A DNA stretch of 64,000 nt from assembly GCA_965248355.1 (NCBI GenBank), contig OZ252098.1, forward strand, positions 4,448,001 through 4,512,000, read 5' to 3'. This DNA is from Candidatus Latescibacterota bacterium. GTDB taxonomy: Bacteria; Latescibacterota; UBA2968; UBA8231. The translations under genes and the position numbers were made by a program. The notes below the pieces were generated by a model. It had not been told where the DNA came from and ran no database searches. It saw only the letters and a program-made list of their open reading frames with translations. Shown here in pieces: positions 47,233 to 55,929 of this stretch (position 1 is the stretch's first letter; every line of letters begins with the position of its first letter).

Positions 47233-48191
47233 GCGCCCCCGAGCTGTCGATCTCGATCGTCAGCTGGAACACCCGGGAGCTGCTGCGGGACTGCCTGCGC
47301 TCGGTCTGCGGGGATCCGCGCAGCGCGGCGTGGGAGCTGTTCGTCGTCGACAACGGCTCGCGCGACGGCAGCGCCGACATGGTGGAGGAGAGCTTCCCGG
47401 GGGTGGAGGTCATCCGCAGCCGCGAGAACCTCGGGTTCAGCGGCGGCCACAACCTCGCCCTCGCCCGGGCCCGCGGACGCCACCTGCTGATCCTCAACTC
47501 CGACACCCGCGTCGACCCGGGGGCCCTCGGCGGGATGGTCGACTTCGCCGACGGGAACCCCGGCGTGGGGGCGGTCGGCCCGCGCCTGGAAGACGGCGGC
47601 GGAAGCCTTGAGCGCTCCTGGGGGCGAAGCCCGGGGGCGATCTCCCTGATCGGGCATAAGCTGTTGTTGCACAGACTGTTCCCCTTCCATAGATTGGCCC
47701 GGAGGCGGCCTCCCGAGGGCCGCGACGTGGGCTGGGTCACGGGGGCCTGCCTCCTGGTCCGGCGGCAGGCCGCGAGCGCCGCCGGGCTGCTCGACGACGG
47801 CATGTTCATGTGCCACGAAGACGTGGAGTGGTGCATGCGCCTGCGCCACGCGGGCTGGCGCGTCGTCTACCTGCCCCGGAGCCGGGTCGTTCACCTCGAA
47901 GGCCGCAGCATCCGCCAGCGCCTGGGGGAGATGCTCGTCGTGAGCCAGCAGAGCCAGTACTACCTGTTCCAGAAACACTTCGGCCGCGTCCGGCTGCACG
48001 CCCTGCGCCTGCTCACCGCCATGGAGATGATCCTGCGCACCGTCTTGTGGTCCCTGCTCTGGCTGGGACGCCCCCTCTCCCGGGGCGAGGCGCGGGACCG
48101 CCTGGGCGCCTACCGCCGCATCCTGTGGCGCACCCTCGCCGACCGCAGCTACTGGGCGCCGCGGGACCCGAGGCCCGGAGGCGCTTCTTGA
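47229..48191 (+). CDS. glycosyltransferase family 2
   Basis: IVSWNT, VDNGSRDGS, NLGF..N, LNSDT, GACLLVR, EDVEWC. Confidence 0.88.
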   Translation: MSAPELSISIVSWNTRELLRDCLRSVCGDPRSAAWELFVVDNGSRDGSADMVEESFPGVEVIRSRENLGFSGGHNLALARARGRHLLILNSDTRVDPGALGGMVDFADGNPGVGAVGPRLEDGGGSLERSWGRSPGAISLIGHKLLLHRLFPFHRLARRRPPEGRDVGWVTGACLLVRRQAASAAGLLDDGMFMCHEDVEWCMRLRHAGWRVVYLPRSRVVHLEGRSIRQRLGEMLVVSQQSQYYLFQKHFGRVRLHALRLLTAMEMILRTVLWSLLWLGRPLSRGEARDRLGAYRRILWRTLADRSYWAPRDPRPGGAS

Positions 48192-49339
48192 CCGACCGCA
48201 TCCAGCTCTTCCGTCCCGCCTTCGGCGACGCCGAGAAGGCCGCCCTGTGCGAGACCATGGACAGCCGGTGGGTGGGCCGGGGGCCGCGCAGCATCCGCTT
48301 CGAGGAGCGCTTCGCCGAGTACATCGGCGCGCGCCACGCGGTGGCCCTCAACTCGGCCACGGCGGCCCTGCACATGGGGCTCCTCTGCGCCGAGGTCGAG
48401 GGCCAGGAGGTCCTCACCAGCTCCCTGACCTGGGTCTCCTCGACCCAGGCCATCCTGCTGGCCGGCGGCCGGCCCGTGTTCTGCGACATCGAGCCCGACA
48501 CGCTGAACATCAGCGTCGACGACGTGGCCCGGAAGATCACGCCCACCACGAGGGCCATCGTCGTCACCCACTACGGCGGCCAGTCCTGCCACATGGACCC
48601 CATCCTGGAGCTGGCCGCCGCCCACGGACTGACCGTGGTCGAGGACGCCGCCCACGGGTGCGGGGGCCGCTACAAGGACCGCCGGCTCGGCTCCCTCGGC
48701 GACGTGGGCTGCTTCAGCTTCCAGGCGACCAAGAACATGACCACCGGCGACGGGGGCATGCTGGTCACCGACGACGACGCCCTCGCCGGCCGGGTGCGCA
48801 AGCTGCGCTGGTGCGGCATCACCCGGCCCACGTGGGAGCGCTTCCGGCCGGGGCAGCCCAAGCGCTCGTGGATGTACGAGGTCGAGGAGGTGGGCTGGAA
48901 GTACGAGATGAACGACCTGGCCGCCGCCCTCGGGCTGGCGCAGATGGACAACCTGGAGGCCAACAACCAGCGGCGGCGGGAGCTGATGACCCGCTACCGC
49001 GAGGCCTTCGCCGGAGTCGAGGGCGTCGACTGTCTCGCGGCCCGGGGGTACGCCCTCAGCGCCTGCTACAACGCCGTCATCCAGGTCGACGACCGCGACG
49101 GCCTCTACGCCCACCTCGACGCCTCGGGGATCGACTCCAACGTCCACTTCTACCCCAACCACCTCTACCGGCTCTTCCGCCCCTACACGACCCGCCTCCC
49201 TGTGACCGAGCGGGTGTGGCAGCGCATCCTGTCCATCCCCCTCTACCCGGGACTGTCCGACGAGCAGCAGGACCGTGTCATCGGGGCGGTGCGCGCCTTC
49301 GCCGGGGGCGAGCGCCGGCAACCGGCCGCGGCGGGCTAG
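48188..49339 (+). CDS. DegT/DnrJ/EryC1/StrS sugar aminotransferase
   Basis: NSATAALH, EDAAH, FSFQATKNMTTGDGG, GWKYEM. Confidence 0.92.
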   Translation: MTDRIQLFRPAFGDAEKAALCETMDSRWVGRGPRSIRFEERFAEYIGARHAVALNSATAALHMGLLCAEVEGQEVLTSSLTWVSSTQAILLAGGRPVFCDIEPDTLNISVDDVARKITPTTRAIVVTHYGGQSCHMDPILELAAAHGLTVVEDAAHGCGGRYKDRRLGSLGDVGCFSFQATKNMTTGDGGMLVTDDDALAGRVRKLRWCGITRPTWERFRPGQPKRSWMYEVEEVGWKYEMNDLAAALGLAQMDNLEANNQRRRELMTRYREAFAGVEGVDCLAARGYALSACYNAVIQVDDRDGLYAHLDASGIDSNVHFYPNHLYRLFRPYTTRLPVTERVWQRILSIPLYPGLSDEQQDRVIGAVRAFAGGERRQPAAAG

Positions 49340-50467
49340 TGTCGCGTCCGACAAATGAGTTGTAAAAACAGAGTCAAGGCCTTATCTTCAGGCCATGGCC
49401 CGCCCGGTGTCCCGCCTTGAGTTGACCGCGTCCGAGCGACAGGAGTTGGAGCGTCGCGTCAGGGCCCCCTCCGCGTCCCAGCGCGACAGCCTGCGCGCGG
49501 CCATCGTCCTGCGCCGGGCCGAAGGGATCAAGCAGGTGCAGGTGGCCGCCGAGTTGGGCGCCAGTGTGGCGTGTGTGAACAAGTGGTCGCAACGCTTTGA
49601 TCGCGAGGGTTTGGCGGGACTGAACGACGCCAAGGGCCGGGGCCGGCCGGCGAGCTTGCCGGCGGACAAGGTCGAGCAGGTCCTCACCGCGGTCACGCAG
49701 CCGCCGAAGCCGCGCACGCGCTGGAGCGTGCGCTCGATGGGGAAGGCCAACGACATCAAGCCCCATTTGACCAAGACCTTCAAGGTCTCCACGGACCCGC
49801 ACTTCGAGGAAAAATTCTGGGACGTGATCGGGCTCTACCTGGATCCCCCCGAGCGCGCGCTGGTGCTGTGCTGTGACGAGAAGAGCCAGTGCCAGGCGCT
49901 GGAACGGACCCAGCCGGGCTTGCCGCTGGGGATCGGCGACATCCGCACCCGGACCCACGATTACAAGCGCCACGGTACGATCACCTTGTTCGCCGCGCTC
50001 AACTACCTCGACGGCAAGCTCATCGCGCGTCTGGAGGCGCGTCATACCCACGTCGAATGGCTCCGCTTTCTCAAGCAGATCGACCGCGAGACGCCCAAGA
50101 ACCTGTCGCTGCACCTGATCGTGGACAACGCCGGCCCCCACAAGGAGGAGAGCGTGCAGCATTGGTTGTCTCGGCATCGGCGCTTCCATGTCCATTTCAT
50201 CCCCACCAGTTCCTCCTGGATGAACTTGGTCGAACGGTTCTTCGGCGAGCTGACGCAGGATGTGATTCGGGACGGCAGCTTTGCCAGCGTCGGGGAGTTG
50301 GTGCGCGACATCGAAGCCTACTTGGCGCAGCGGAACTTGGCCCCCAAACCCTACCGCTGGAAGGCCGACGGCGAGACCATCCTGCGCAAGATCCAGCGCG
50401 CTCGGGAGACGGTGGCGGCGACATCGGACAGCCCTTGTTGATTCTTCTTAATTCTCGGACGGGACAC
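49339..50467 (+). mobile_element. IS630-family insertion sequence
   Basis: Imperfect terminal inverted repeats GTGTCGCGTCCGACAAATGAG and CTTAATTCTCGGACGGGACAC; TA duplicated at 49337-38 and 50468-69 (CTAG context). Confidence 0.9.
49395..50441 (+). CDS. IS630 transposase
   Basis: HTH N-terminus, GLYLDPPE, CCDEKSQ, HGTITLFAAL, VDNAGPHK, SSWMNLVERFF (DDE triad). Confidence 0.93.
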   Translation: MARPVSRLELTASERQELERRVRAPSASQRDSLRAAIVLRRAEGIKQVQVAAELGASVACVNKWSQRFDREGLAGLNDAKGRGRPASLPADKVEQVLTAVTQPPKPRTRWSVRSMGKANDIKPHLTKTFKVSTDPHFEEKFWDVIGLYLDPPERALVLCCDEKSQCQALERTQPGLPLGIGDIRTRTHDYKRHGTITLFAALNYLDGKLIARLEARHTHVEWLRFLKQIDRETPKNLSLHLIVDNAGPHKEESVQHWLSRHRRFHVHFIPTSSSWMNLVERFFGELTQDVIRDGSFASVGELVRDIEAYLAQRNLAPKPYRWKADGETILRKIQRARETVAATSDSPC

Positions 50468-50489
50468 TAGGCACCGGTCCGCCCGGGCC

Positions 50490-51575
50490 GTGCGCGTCCT
50501 GTTCGTCACCAAGTACGGCCCGGGCGCGGCCAGCAGCCGCACCCGCGTCTTCCAGTACCTGCCCTATCTGCGGTCCCACGGCGTCGACTGCGAGGTCCTC
50601 ACCGTGCTGCCCGACGCGGCCCTGGCCGGCTCGCAGCTGGAGGCCGCCCGCCGGCCCCTGGCCAAGGCCCTCTACTACCTGCGCGCCGCCTGGCGCAACG
50701 CCGCCTGCGGCCTGCGGGCCTGGCGCCGCGCCCGGGGCGCCGACGTCCTGTTCCTGCAGAAGGTCATCTTCCCGGCGCCGGTGCGCTGGCTTCTGGGCCG
50801 GACCCGCGTGCCCGTGGCCTACGACTTCGACGACGCCATCTTCACCACCGAGGAGCGCTCCGGCGGCCTGCTGGCCCGCTGGCGGGAGCGCCGCAGCGCC
50901 GCCGGCCTGCCGGCCATGCTCCGGCTGGCCCGCCGGGCCGTGGTGGAGAATCCCTACACCGGCGATTTCGCCGGCCGCTACGGCCCGGTGCTGACCATCA
51001 CCGGGCCCATCGACACAGCCCCCTTTCTCGGGATCCGCCGCAACGGGCCGACGGCGCCGGTGGTGCTCGGCTGGATCGGCAGCGCCTCCACCGCGGCCTA
51101 CCTGGACCTCATCGGCGCTCCCCTGCGGCGGCTGGCGAGCCAGGAGCCGGTGCGGGTCTGCGTGGTGGGGGCGGAGTGGAGCCTCGACGGGGTGGAGGTC
51201 GAGTGCCGGCCGTGGCGGCTGGAGCGGGAGGCGGAGGACCTGGGCGGCTGGGAGATCGGCCTCATGCCGCTGCCCGACGACCCGTGGACCCGGGGGAAGG
51301 GGGGCTACAAGCTGCTGCAGTACATGGCCGCCGGGCTGCCGGTGGTGGCCCATCCGGTGGGGGTGAACGAGGAGATCGTGGTCGACGGCGAGACCGGGTT
51401 CCTGGCCGCCGACGCGGCGGCCTGGGAGTCCGCGCTCCTCAGGCTGATCCGCGAGCCGGCCTTGCGCCGGAGCTTCGGCGAGCGCGGCCGGCAGCGCGTG
51501 GAGGAGCGCTACGGCCTGGCCGTGCACGCGCCACGGCTGCTGGGCATGCTGCGAGAGCTCGGGGCCTCCCGGTGA
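50490..51575 (+). CDS. glycosyltransferase family 4
   Basis: ASSRTR, YDFDDAI, GWIGS, GKGGYKLLQYMAAGLPVVA. Confidence 0.88.
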   Translation: MRVLFVTKYGPGAASSRTRVFQYLPYLRSHGVDCEVLTVLPDAALAGSQLEAARRPLAKALYYLRAAWRNAACGLRAWRRARGADVLFLQKVIFPAPVRWLLGRTRVPVAYDFDDAIFTTEERSGGLLARWRERRSAAGLPAMLRLARRAVVENPYTGDFAGRYGPVLTITGPIDTAPFLGIRRNGPTAPVVLGWIGSASTAAYLDLIGAPLRRLASQEPVRVCVVGAEWSLDGVEVECRPWRLEREAEDLGGWEIGLMPLPDDPWTRGKGGYKLLQYMAAGLPVVAHPVGVNEEIVVDGETGFLAADAAAWESALLRLIREPALRRSFGERGRQRVEERYGLAVHAPRLLGMLRELGASR

Positions 51576-52432
51576 AGGGGCCGCCCCCGCCGCCGGCCCA
51601 CGCCTTCACCGTCGACTTCGAGGACTGGTTCCACGGGATCGAGATCGACGCCGGCGCCTGGGGGGGCTTCGAGAACCGGCTGGCCGTGGGCACCGGGAGG
51701 CTCCTCGACCTGCTGGCCGCCGCCGGGGTGCGGGCCACCTTCTTCGTCCTCGGGGCGGCGGCCCAATCCGCCCCCGGCCTGGTGCGCGAGATCGCCGGCC
51801 GGGGGCACGAGATCGCCACCCACGGCTACGGCCACGGCTTCGTGAGCCGCATGGAGCCGGAGGAGTTCCGCGCCGACCTGGAGCGCTCCCTGGAGGTCCT
51901 CGCGGGCCTGGTCCCGGGGCCGGTCCGGGGGTTCCGCGCTCCCTACTTCTCCATCCAGCGGGGGACGGAATGGGCCTTCGAGATCCTCCGGGACTGCGGC
52001 CTCCGCTACGATTCCAGCGTCTTCCCGGTGCGCAACTACCGCTACGGGGTCCCGGGGGCGCCGCGCTGGGCCCACGAGACGGATTCGGGGCTGATCGAGC
52101 TGCCGCCCTCCACCTGGCGCCTGGGCGGGACCAACCTGCCGGTGGCCGGAGGTGCCTACTTCCGCCTGTACCCCTATATTGTGACCCACTTCGGCCTGCG
52201 GCGGATCGCCGCCGAGGGCCACCCGGTGGTGTTCTACCTGCACCCCTGGGAACTCGATCCAGAACAGCCACGGATCCCCCTGCCGCGACGCATCGCCTGG
52301 CCTCACTACCTCAACCTGAGGAACACGGAGCAACGGTTGCGCCGGCTGCTGTCCGACTTCCCCTTCACCACGGCGGCGGAGGTGCTGGCCGCCCGGGGGT
52401 GGCCAGCGGCGGGATCTCCGGAGACAGAGTGA
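51572..52432 (+). CDS. polysaccharide deacetylase (DUF3473 type)
   Basis: TVDFEDWF, ATFFVLG, HEIATHG, GFRAPYFS, YDSS, GGAYFR, FYLHPWE. Confidence 0.9.
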   Translation: MKGPPPPPAHAFTVDFEDWFHGIEIDAGAWGGFENRLAVGTGRLLDLLAAAGVRATFFVLGAAAQSAPGLVREIAGRGHEIATHGYGHGFVSRMEPEEFRADLERSLEVLAGLVPGPVRGFRAPYFSIQRGTEWAFEILRDCGLRYDSSVFPVRNYRYGVPGAPRWAHETDSGLIELPPSTWRLGGTNLPVAGGAYFRLYPYIVTHFGLRRIAAEGHPVVFYLHPWELDPEQPRIPLPRRIAWPHYLNLRNTEQRLRRLLSDFPFTTAAEVLAARGWPAAGSPETE

Positions 52433-53082
52433 GCGCAACGGCCACGGTCGAGGCCGTCCGCCGCCACTTCGATGGCGAGGCGGCCCGCTTCGACGCCATC
52501 TACGACACCGAGAAGGGGGTCGCCCAGCGCTGCCTGGACGCCCTGTTCCGCGGCGTCGTCCGGCAGCGCTTTGCACTGACCCTCGCCCGCTGCGGAGACG
52601 TGGCGGGCCAGCGGGTCCTGGACGTGGGCTGCGGCTCCGGCCGCTACGCGGTGGAGTTCGCGCGCCGGGGGGCGCGGGTGACCGGCCTCGACATGGCGCC
52701 GGCCATGCTCGCCATGGCGCGGGCGGCGGCGGCCGAGGCCGGGGTCCGGGGGCGGTGCCGGTTCGAGGCGGGGGACTTCCTGCAGTGGCCGGCCCCCCAC
52801 GGCTTCGACATCTGCCTCGGCATCGGCCTCTTCGACTACGTCTCCGAGCCCGAGCCGTTCCTGGCCCGCATGCGGGATCTGACGGCCGGCCGGGGCGTCT
52901 TCAGCTTCCCCATCCGCTGGCGCCTGCGCACGCCCACCCGCTGGCTGCGATTGAAATCGAGGGGGTGTCCCGTGTTCTTCTACGACCGGAGCCAGGTGGA
53001 GGGCTGCCTGGCGGCGGCCGGCTGGCGCGAGGTGAGCATCACGAGGCTGAGCCGGGACTACCTGGTGGAAGGGCGTCCATGA
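52429..53082 (+). CDS. class I SAM-dependent methyltransferase
   Basis: VLDVGCGSG, GLDMA..ML, GLFDY. Confidence 0.85.
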   Translation: MSATATVEAVRRHFDGEAARFDAIYDTEKGVAQRCLDALFRGVVRQRFALTLARCGDVAGQRVLDVGCGSGRYAVEFARRGARVTGLDMAPAMLAMARAAAAEAGVRGRCRFEAGDFLQWPAPHGFDICLGIGLFDYVSEPEPFLARMRDLTAGRGVFSFPIRWRLRTPTRWLRLKSRGCPVFFYDRSQVEGCLAAAGWREVSITRLSRDYLVEGRP

Positions 53083-54044
53083 AGGTTCTGATCACGGGCG
53101 GGGCGGGCTTCATCGGCTCTCACCTGGCCGAGCGCCACCTGGCCATGGGGGACGAGGTGTCGATCATCGACAACCTCTCCACCAGCCTCATCGAGAACAT
53201 CCAGCACCTGCAGGAGCACCCGCTCTGCACCTGCCACATCGACGACATCCTCAACGCCGAGGCCATGCGCGGGCTCGTGGAGGACTGCGAGCTGATCTAC
53301 CACCTGGCGGCGGCCGTCGGGGTCGAGTACGTCCTCGAGAACCCGCTGCAGACGCTGAGCACGAACATCCGGGGCACCGAGATCCTCCTGGAGCTGGCCA
53401 ACGAGCGCAAGAAGCGGGTCGTCCTGGCCTCGACCTCCGAGATCTACGGCAAGAAGAACGGCCACGTGCCCTTCAGGGAGGACAGCGACCGCATCCTGGG
53501 GCCGACCACCGTGCTCCGCTGGAGCTATTCCACCACCAAGGCCGTGGACGAGCTGCTGGCCCTGGCCTACTGGCGCGAGAAGCGGCTGCCCACGGTGATC
53601 GTGCGGCCCTTCAACGTCATCGGTCCGCGCCAGACCGGGCGCTACGGCATGGTGGTGCCCCGCTTCATCAAGCAGGCCATGCTCGGCGATCCGATCACGG
53701 TCTACGACAACGGCGAGCAGCGCCGCTGCTTCACCTACATCGACGACGCCGTGGACGGCCTCGTGGCCATGGCCGCCAGCGACCGGGTCGTGGGCGAGGT
53801 GCTCAACCTCGGGTCCAACTTCGAGAGCAGCATCCGGGATCTGGCCCACAAGATCAAGGAGCTCACCGGCTCCAGCTCCGAGATCGCCTTCATCCCCTAC
53901 CAGCAGACGCGCCGCACCGGCCTCTACGAGGATCTCCTCTACCGGGCCCCGGATCTGCAGAAGATCCGCGAGTTCATCGGCTACGACCCCAAGGTGGACC
54001 TCGAGGAGGCGCTGCGCAGGATCATCGAGGACTTCAAGAAGTAG
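53079..54044 (+). CDS. NAD-dependent nucleotide-sugar epimerase/dehydratase
   Basis: GGAGFIG, HLAAAVG, ASTSEIYG, YSTTK, FNVIGPRQ. Confidence 0.9.
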   Translation: MKVLITGGAGFIGSHLAERHLAMGDEVSIIDNLSTSLIENIQHLQEHPLCTCHIDDILNAEAMRGLVEDCELIYHLAAAVGVEYVLENPLQTLSTNIRGTEILLELANERKKRVVLASTSEIYGKKNGHVPFREDSDRILGPTTVLRWSYSTTKAVDELLALAYWREKRLPTVIVRPFNVIGPRQTGRYGMVVPRFIKQAMLGDPITVYDNGEQRRCFTYIDDAVDGLVAMAASDRVVGEVLNLGSNFESSIRDLAHKIKELTGSSSEIAFIPYQQTRRTGLYEDLLYRAPDLQKIREFIGYDPKVDLEEALRRIIEDFKK

Positions 54045-54063
54045 TCCGGGTCGGTCGTCCGGC

Positions 54064-54558
54064 TCACCAGCCGAGGCTCCGCAGCAGCCGGGGCGTGACC
54101 AGCCACTGCAACATTCCCTCCAACCGACCCTCCCGGCCGGGCGCCTCCAGGTCGACGCGGGCCACGGCGGCCGTGGGCAGACGTACGCGGGCGCCGGTGA
54201 GCCGGGCGATCCACTCCTCCATGCCGGGGTTGTGGGCGATGACGAGGGCGGTGCCGGCGCCGCCGGCCGTGGCGGCCAGCACCTCGGAGAGAGCCTCCGG
54301 GCCGGCCATGTAGAGGCGTCCGTCGAGGACGAGCTGGGGGCCCGCCTCCAACTCCTCCACGAGACGCACGGCCGTCTCCTGGGCGCGCACCGCGGCCGAG
54401 GCCAGCACCAGGTCGGGCGGAGAGGCGCAGGCCTGCAGGAACCCGGCCACCCGCGGCACGTCCTTGCGGCCGCGCTTGTTCAGTGGGCGGTCGAAGTCCT
54501 CCTGGTCCGGCCGCGACCAGTCGGACTTGGCGTGACGCATGACGAGCAAGTTCTTCAT
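54064..54558 (-). CDS. sixA: SixA-like histidine phosphatase
   Basis: MRHAKSDW, DFDRPLNKRG, S.AVRAQET, AHNPG, PTAAV. Confidence 0.88.
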   Translation of the reverse strand: MKNLLVMRHAKSDWSRPDQEDFDRPLNKRGRKDVPRVAGFLQACASPPDLVLASAAVRAQETAVRLVEELEAGPQLVLDGRLYMAGPEALSEVLAATAGGAGTALVIAHNPGMEEWIARLTGARVRLPTAAVARVDLEAPGREGRLEGMLQWLVTPRLLRSLGW

Positions 54559-54570
54559 CTGATCCCTTCC

Positions 54571-54579
54571 TGTGGATAA
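54571..54579 (-). promoter_or_regulatory. consensus DnaA box (TTATCCACA)
   Basis: TGTGGATAA in the 30-bp divergent sixA/manB intergenic region. Confidence 0.4.
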
Positions 54580-54588
54580 CTGAATAGC

Positions 54589-55929
54589 ATGCGCGTCGAT
54601 CCCTCCATCTTCAAGGCCTACGACATCCGCGGCGTCTACCCGTCCCAGCTCGACGAGGCCGCGGCGCTGGCCGTGGGGCGGGCCTTCGCCGCCCTGCTGC
54701 AGCCGGCGCAGGTCGTGGTGGGCCGGGACATGCGCCTGTCGAGCCCGGCCGTGTGCGCCGCCCTCGTGGAGGGGCTGACCCGCCAGGGGGCGGACGTCCT
54801 CGACCTGGGCATGGTCAGCACCGACCAGTACTACTATGCCTGCGCCACCTGCCGGCGGCCGGGGATCATGGTCACCGCCTCTCACAACCCGCCCGAGTAC
54901 TGCGGCTTCAAGATGGTGCGGGAGATGCCCTTCCTGCTGTCGGGGGACGAGGGCATCCAGGATCTGCGGCGGGTGATCGAGGCCGAGGAATGGCGCCCGG
55001 CCCCCGGCTCCGGCCGCGTCGAGCCCCTCGACCTGGGGGAGGGATTCGTCGACAAGGTCCTGTCCCTGGTGCAGATCGATCGCCTGCGGCCTCTGAAGAT
55101 CGTCGCCGACACCGGCAACGGCATGGTCGGCCCCATCCTCGAGCGGGTCTTCGGCCGCCTGCCCGTGGAGCTGACGGGGATGTACCTCGACCCCGACGGC
55201 TCCCTGCCCAACCACGGCCTCGACCCCATGCAGGAGGAGAACCGGGCCGAGCTGCAGCGCCGGGTGGTGGCCGAGGGCGCCGACGCGGGCTTCGCCTTCG
55301 ACGGCGACGGCGACCGCTTCTTCGCCATCGACGACCGGGGCCGCTTCGTCCCCGGCGACTTCCTCACGGCCCTCATGGGCGCCTGGCTCCTGAAGCGCGA
55401 GGGGGGAGGCACCATCGTCCACGACGTCCGCTGCTCGTGGGCGGTGCGCGACGAGGTCCGGGCCGCCGGGGGCGTGGCGCGCCAGGAGCGCGTGGGCCAC
55501 TCCTTCCTCAAGCCGCGCCTGCTGCGCGAGGGCGGCGTCTTCGCCGGCGAGCTGTCCGGCCACTACTACTTCCGCGACTTCTTCGGCGCCGACTCCGGCA
55601 TCGTGCCGTCCCTGGTCCTGCTGCAGATGATGTCGGAGCGCGGCCGGTCCCTGTCCCAACTGGTCTCGCCCCTGGAGTCCCGCTACTTCCTCTCCGGCGA
55701 GATCAACTCCCGGGTGGCGGACCCCGCCGCCAGACTGGAGGAGCTGGCCGAACGCTACGCCGACGGCCGCGTGGAGCGCTTCGACGGCGTCTCCGTGAGC
55801 TTCGACGACTGGCACTTCAACGTGCGCGCCTCCAACACCGAGCCCCTGCTGCGCCTCAACCTCGAGGCCCTCGACCCGCGGCGCATGGAGGAGAAGCGCG
55901 ACGAGGTGCTCGCCGTGATCCGCGCCTGA
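54589..55929 (+). CDS. manB: phosphomannomutase/phosphoglucomutase
   Basis: FKAYDIRG, TASHNP, FDGDGDR, GELSGH, RASNTEP. Confidence 0.92.
   Translation: MRVDPSIFKAYDIRGVYPSQLDEAAALAVGRAFAALLQPAQVVVGRDMRLSSPAVCAALVEGLTRQGADVLDLGMVSTDQYYYACATCRRPGIMVTASHNPPEYCGFKMVREMPFLLSGDEGIQDLRRVIEAEEWRPAPGSGRVEPLDLGEGFVDKVLSLVQIDRLRPLKIVADTGNGMVGPILERVFGRLPVELTGMYLDPDGSLPNHGLDPMQEENRAELQRRVVAEGADAGFAFDGDGDRFFAIDDRGRFVPGDFLTALMGAWLLKREGGGTIVHDVRCSWAVRDEVRAAGGVARQERVGHSFLKPRLLREGGVFAGELSGHYYFRDFFGADSGIVPSLVLLQMMSERGRSLSQLVSPLESRYFLSGEINSRVADPAARLEELAERYADGRVERFDGVSVSFDDWHFNVRASNTEPLLRLNLEALDPRRMEEKRDEVLAVIRA

Noticed and set aside
54571..54579. Replication origin
   Set aside because: Single DnaA box, no cluster, no AT-rich unwinding element, no dnaA/dnaN nearby.
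3368..55815. Numerous long antisense or alternate-frame ORFs in the track (e.g. 3368-6103, 16508-19339, 33188-35701, 41622-44588)
   Set aside because: Shadow ORFs of high-GC genes; Arg/Pro/Gly-rich or antisense, with no recognisable motifs.
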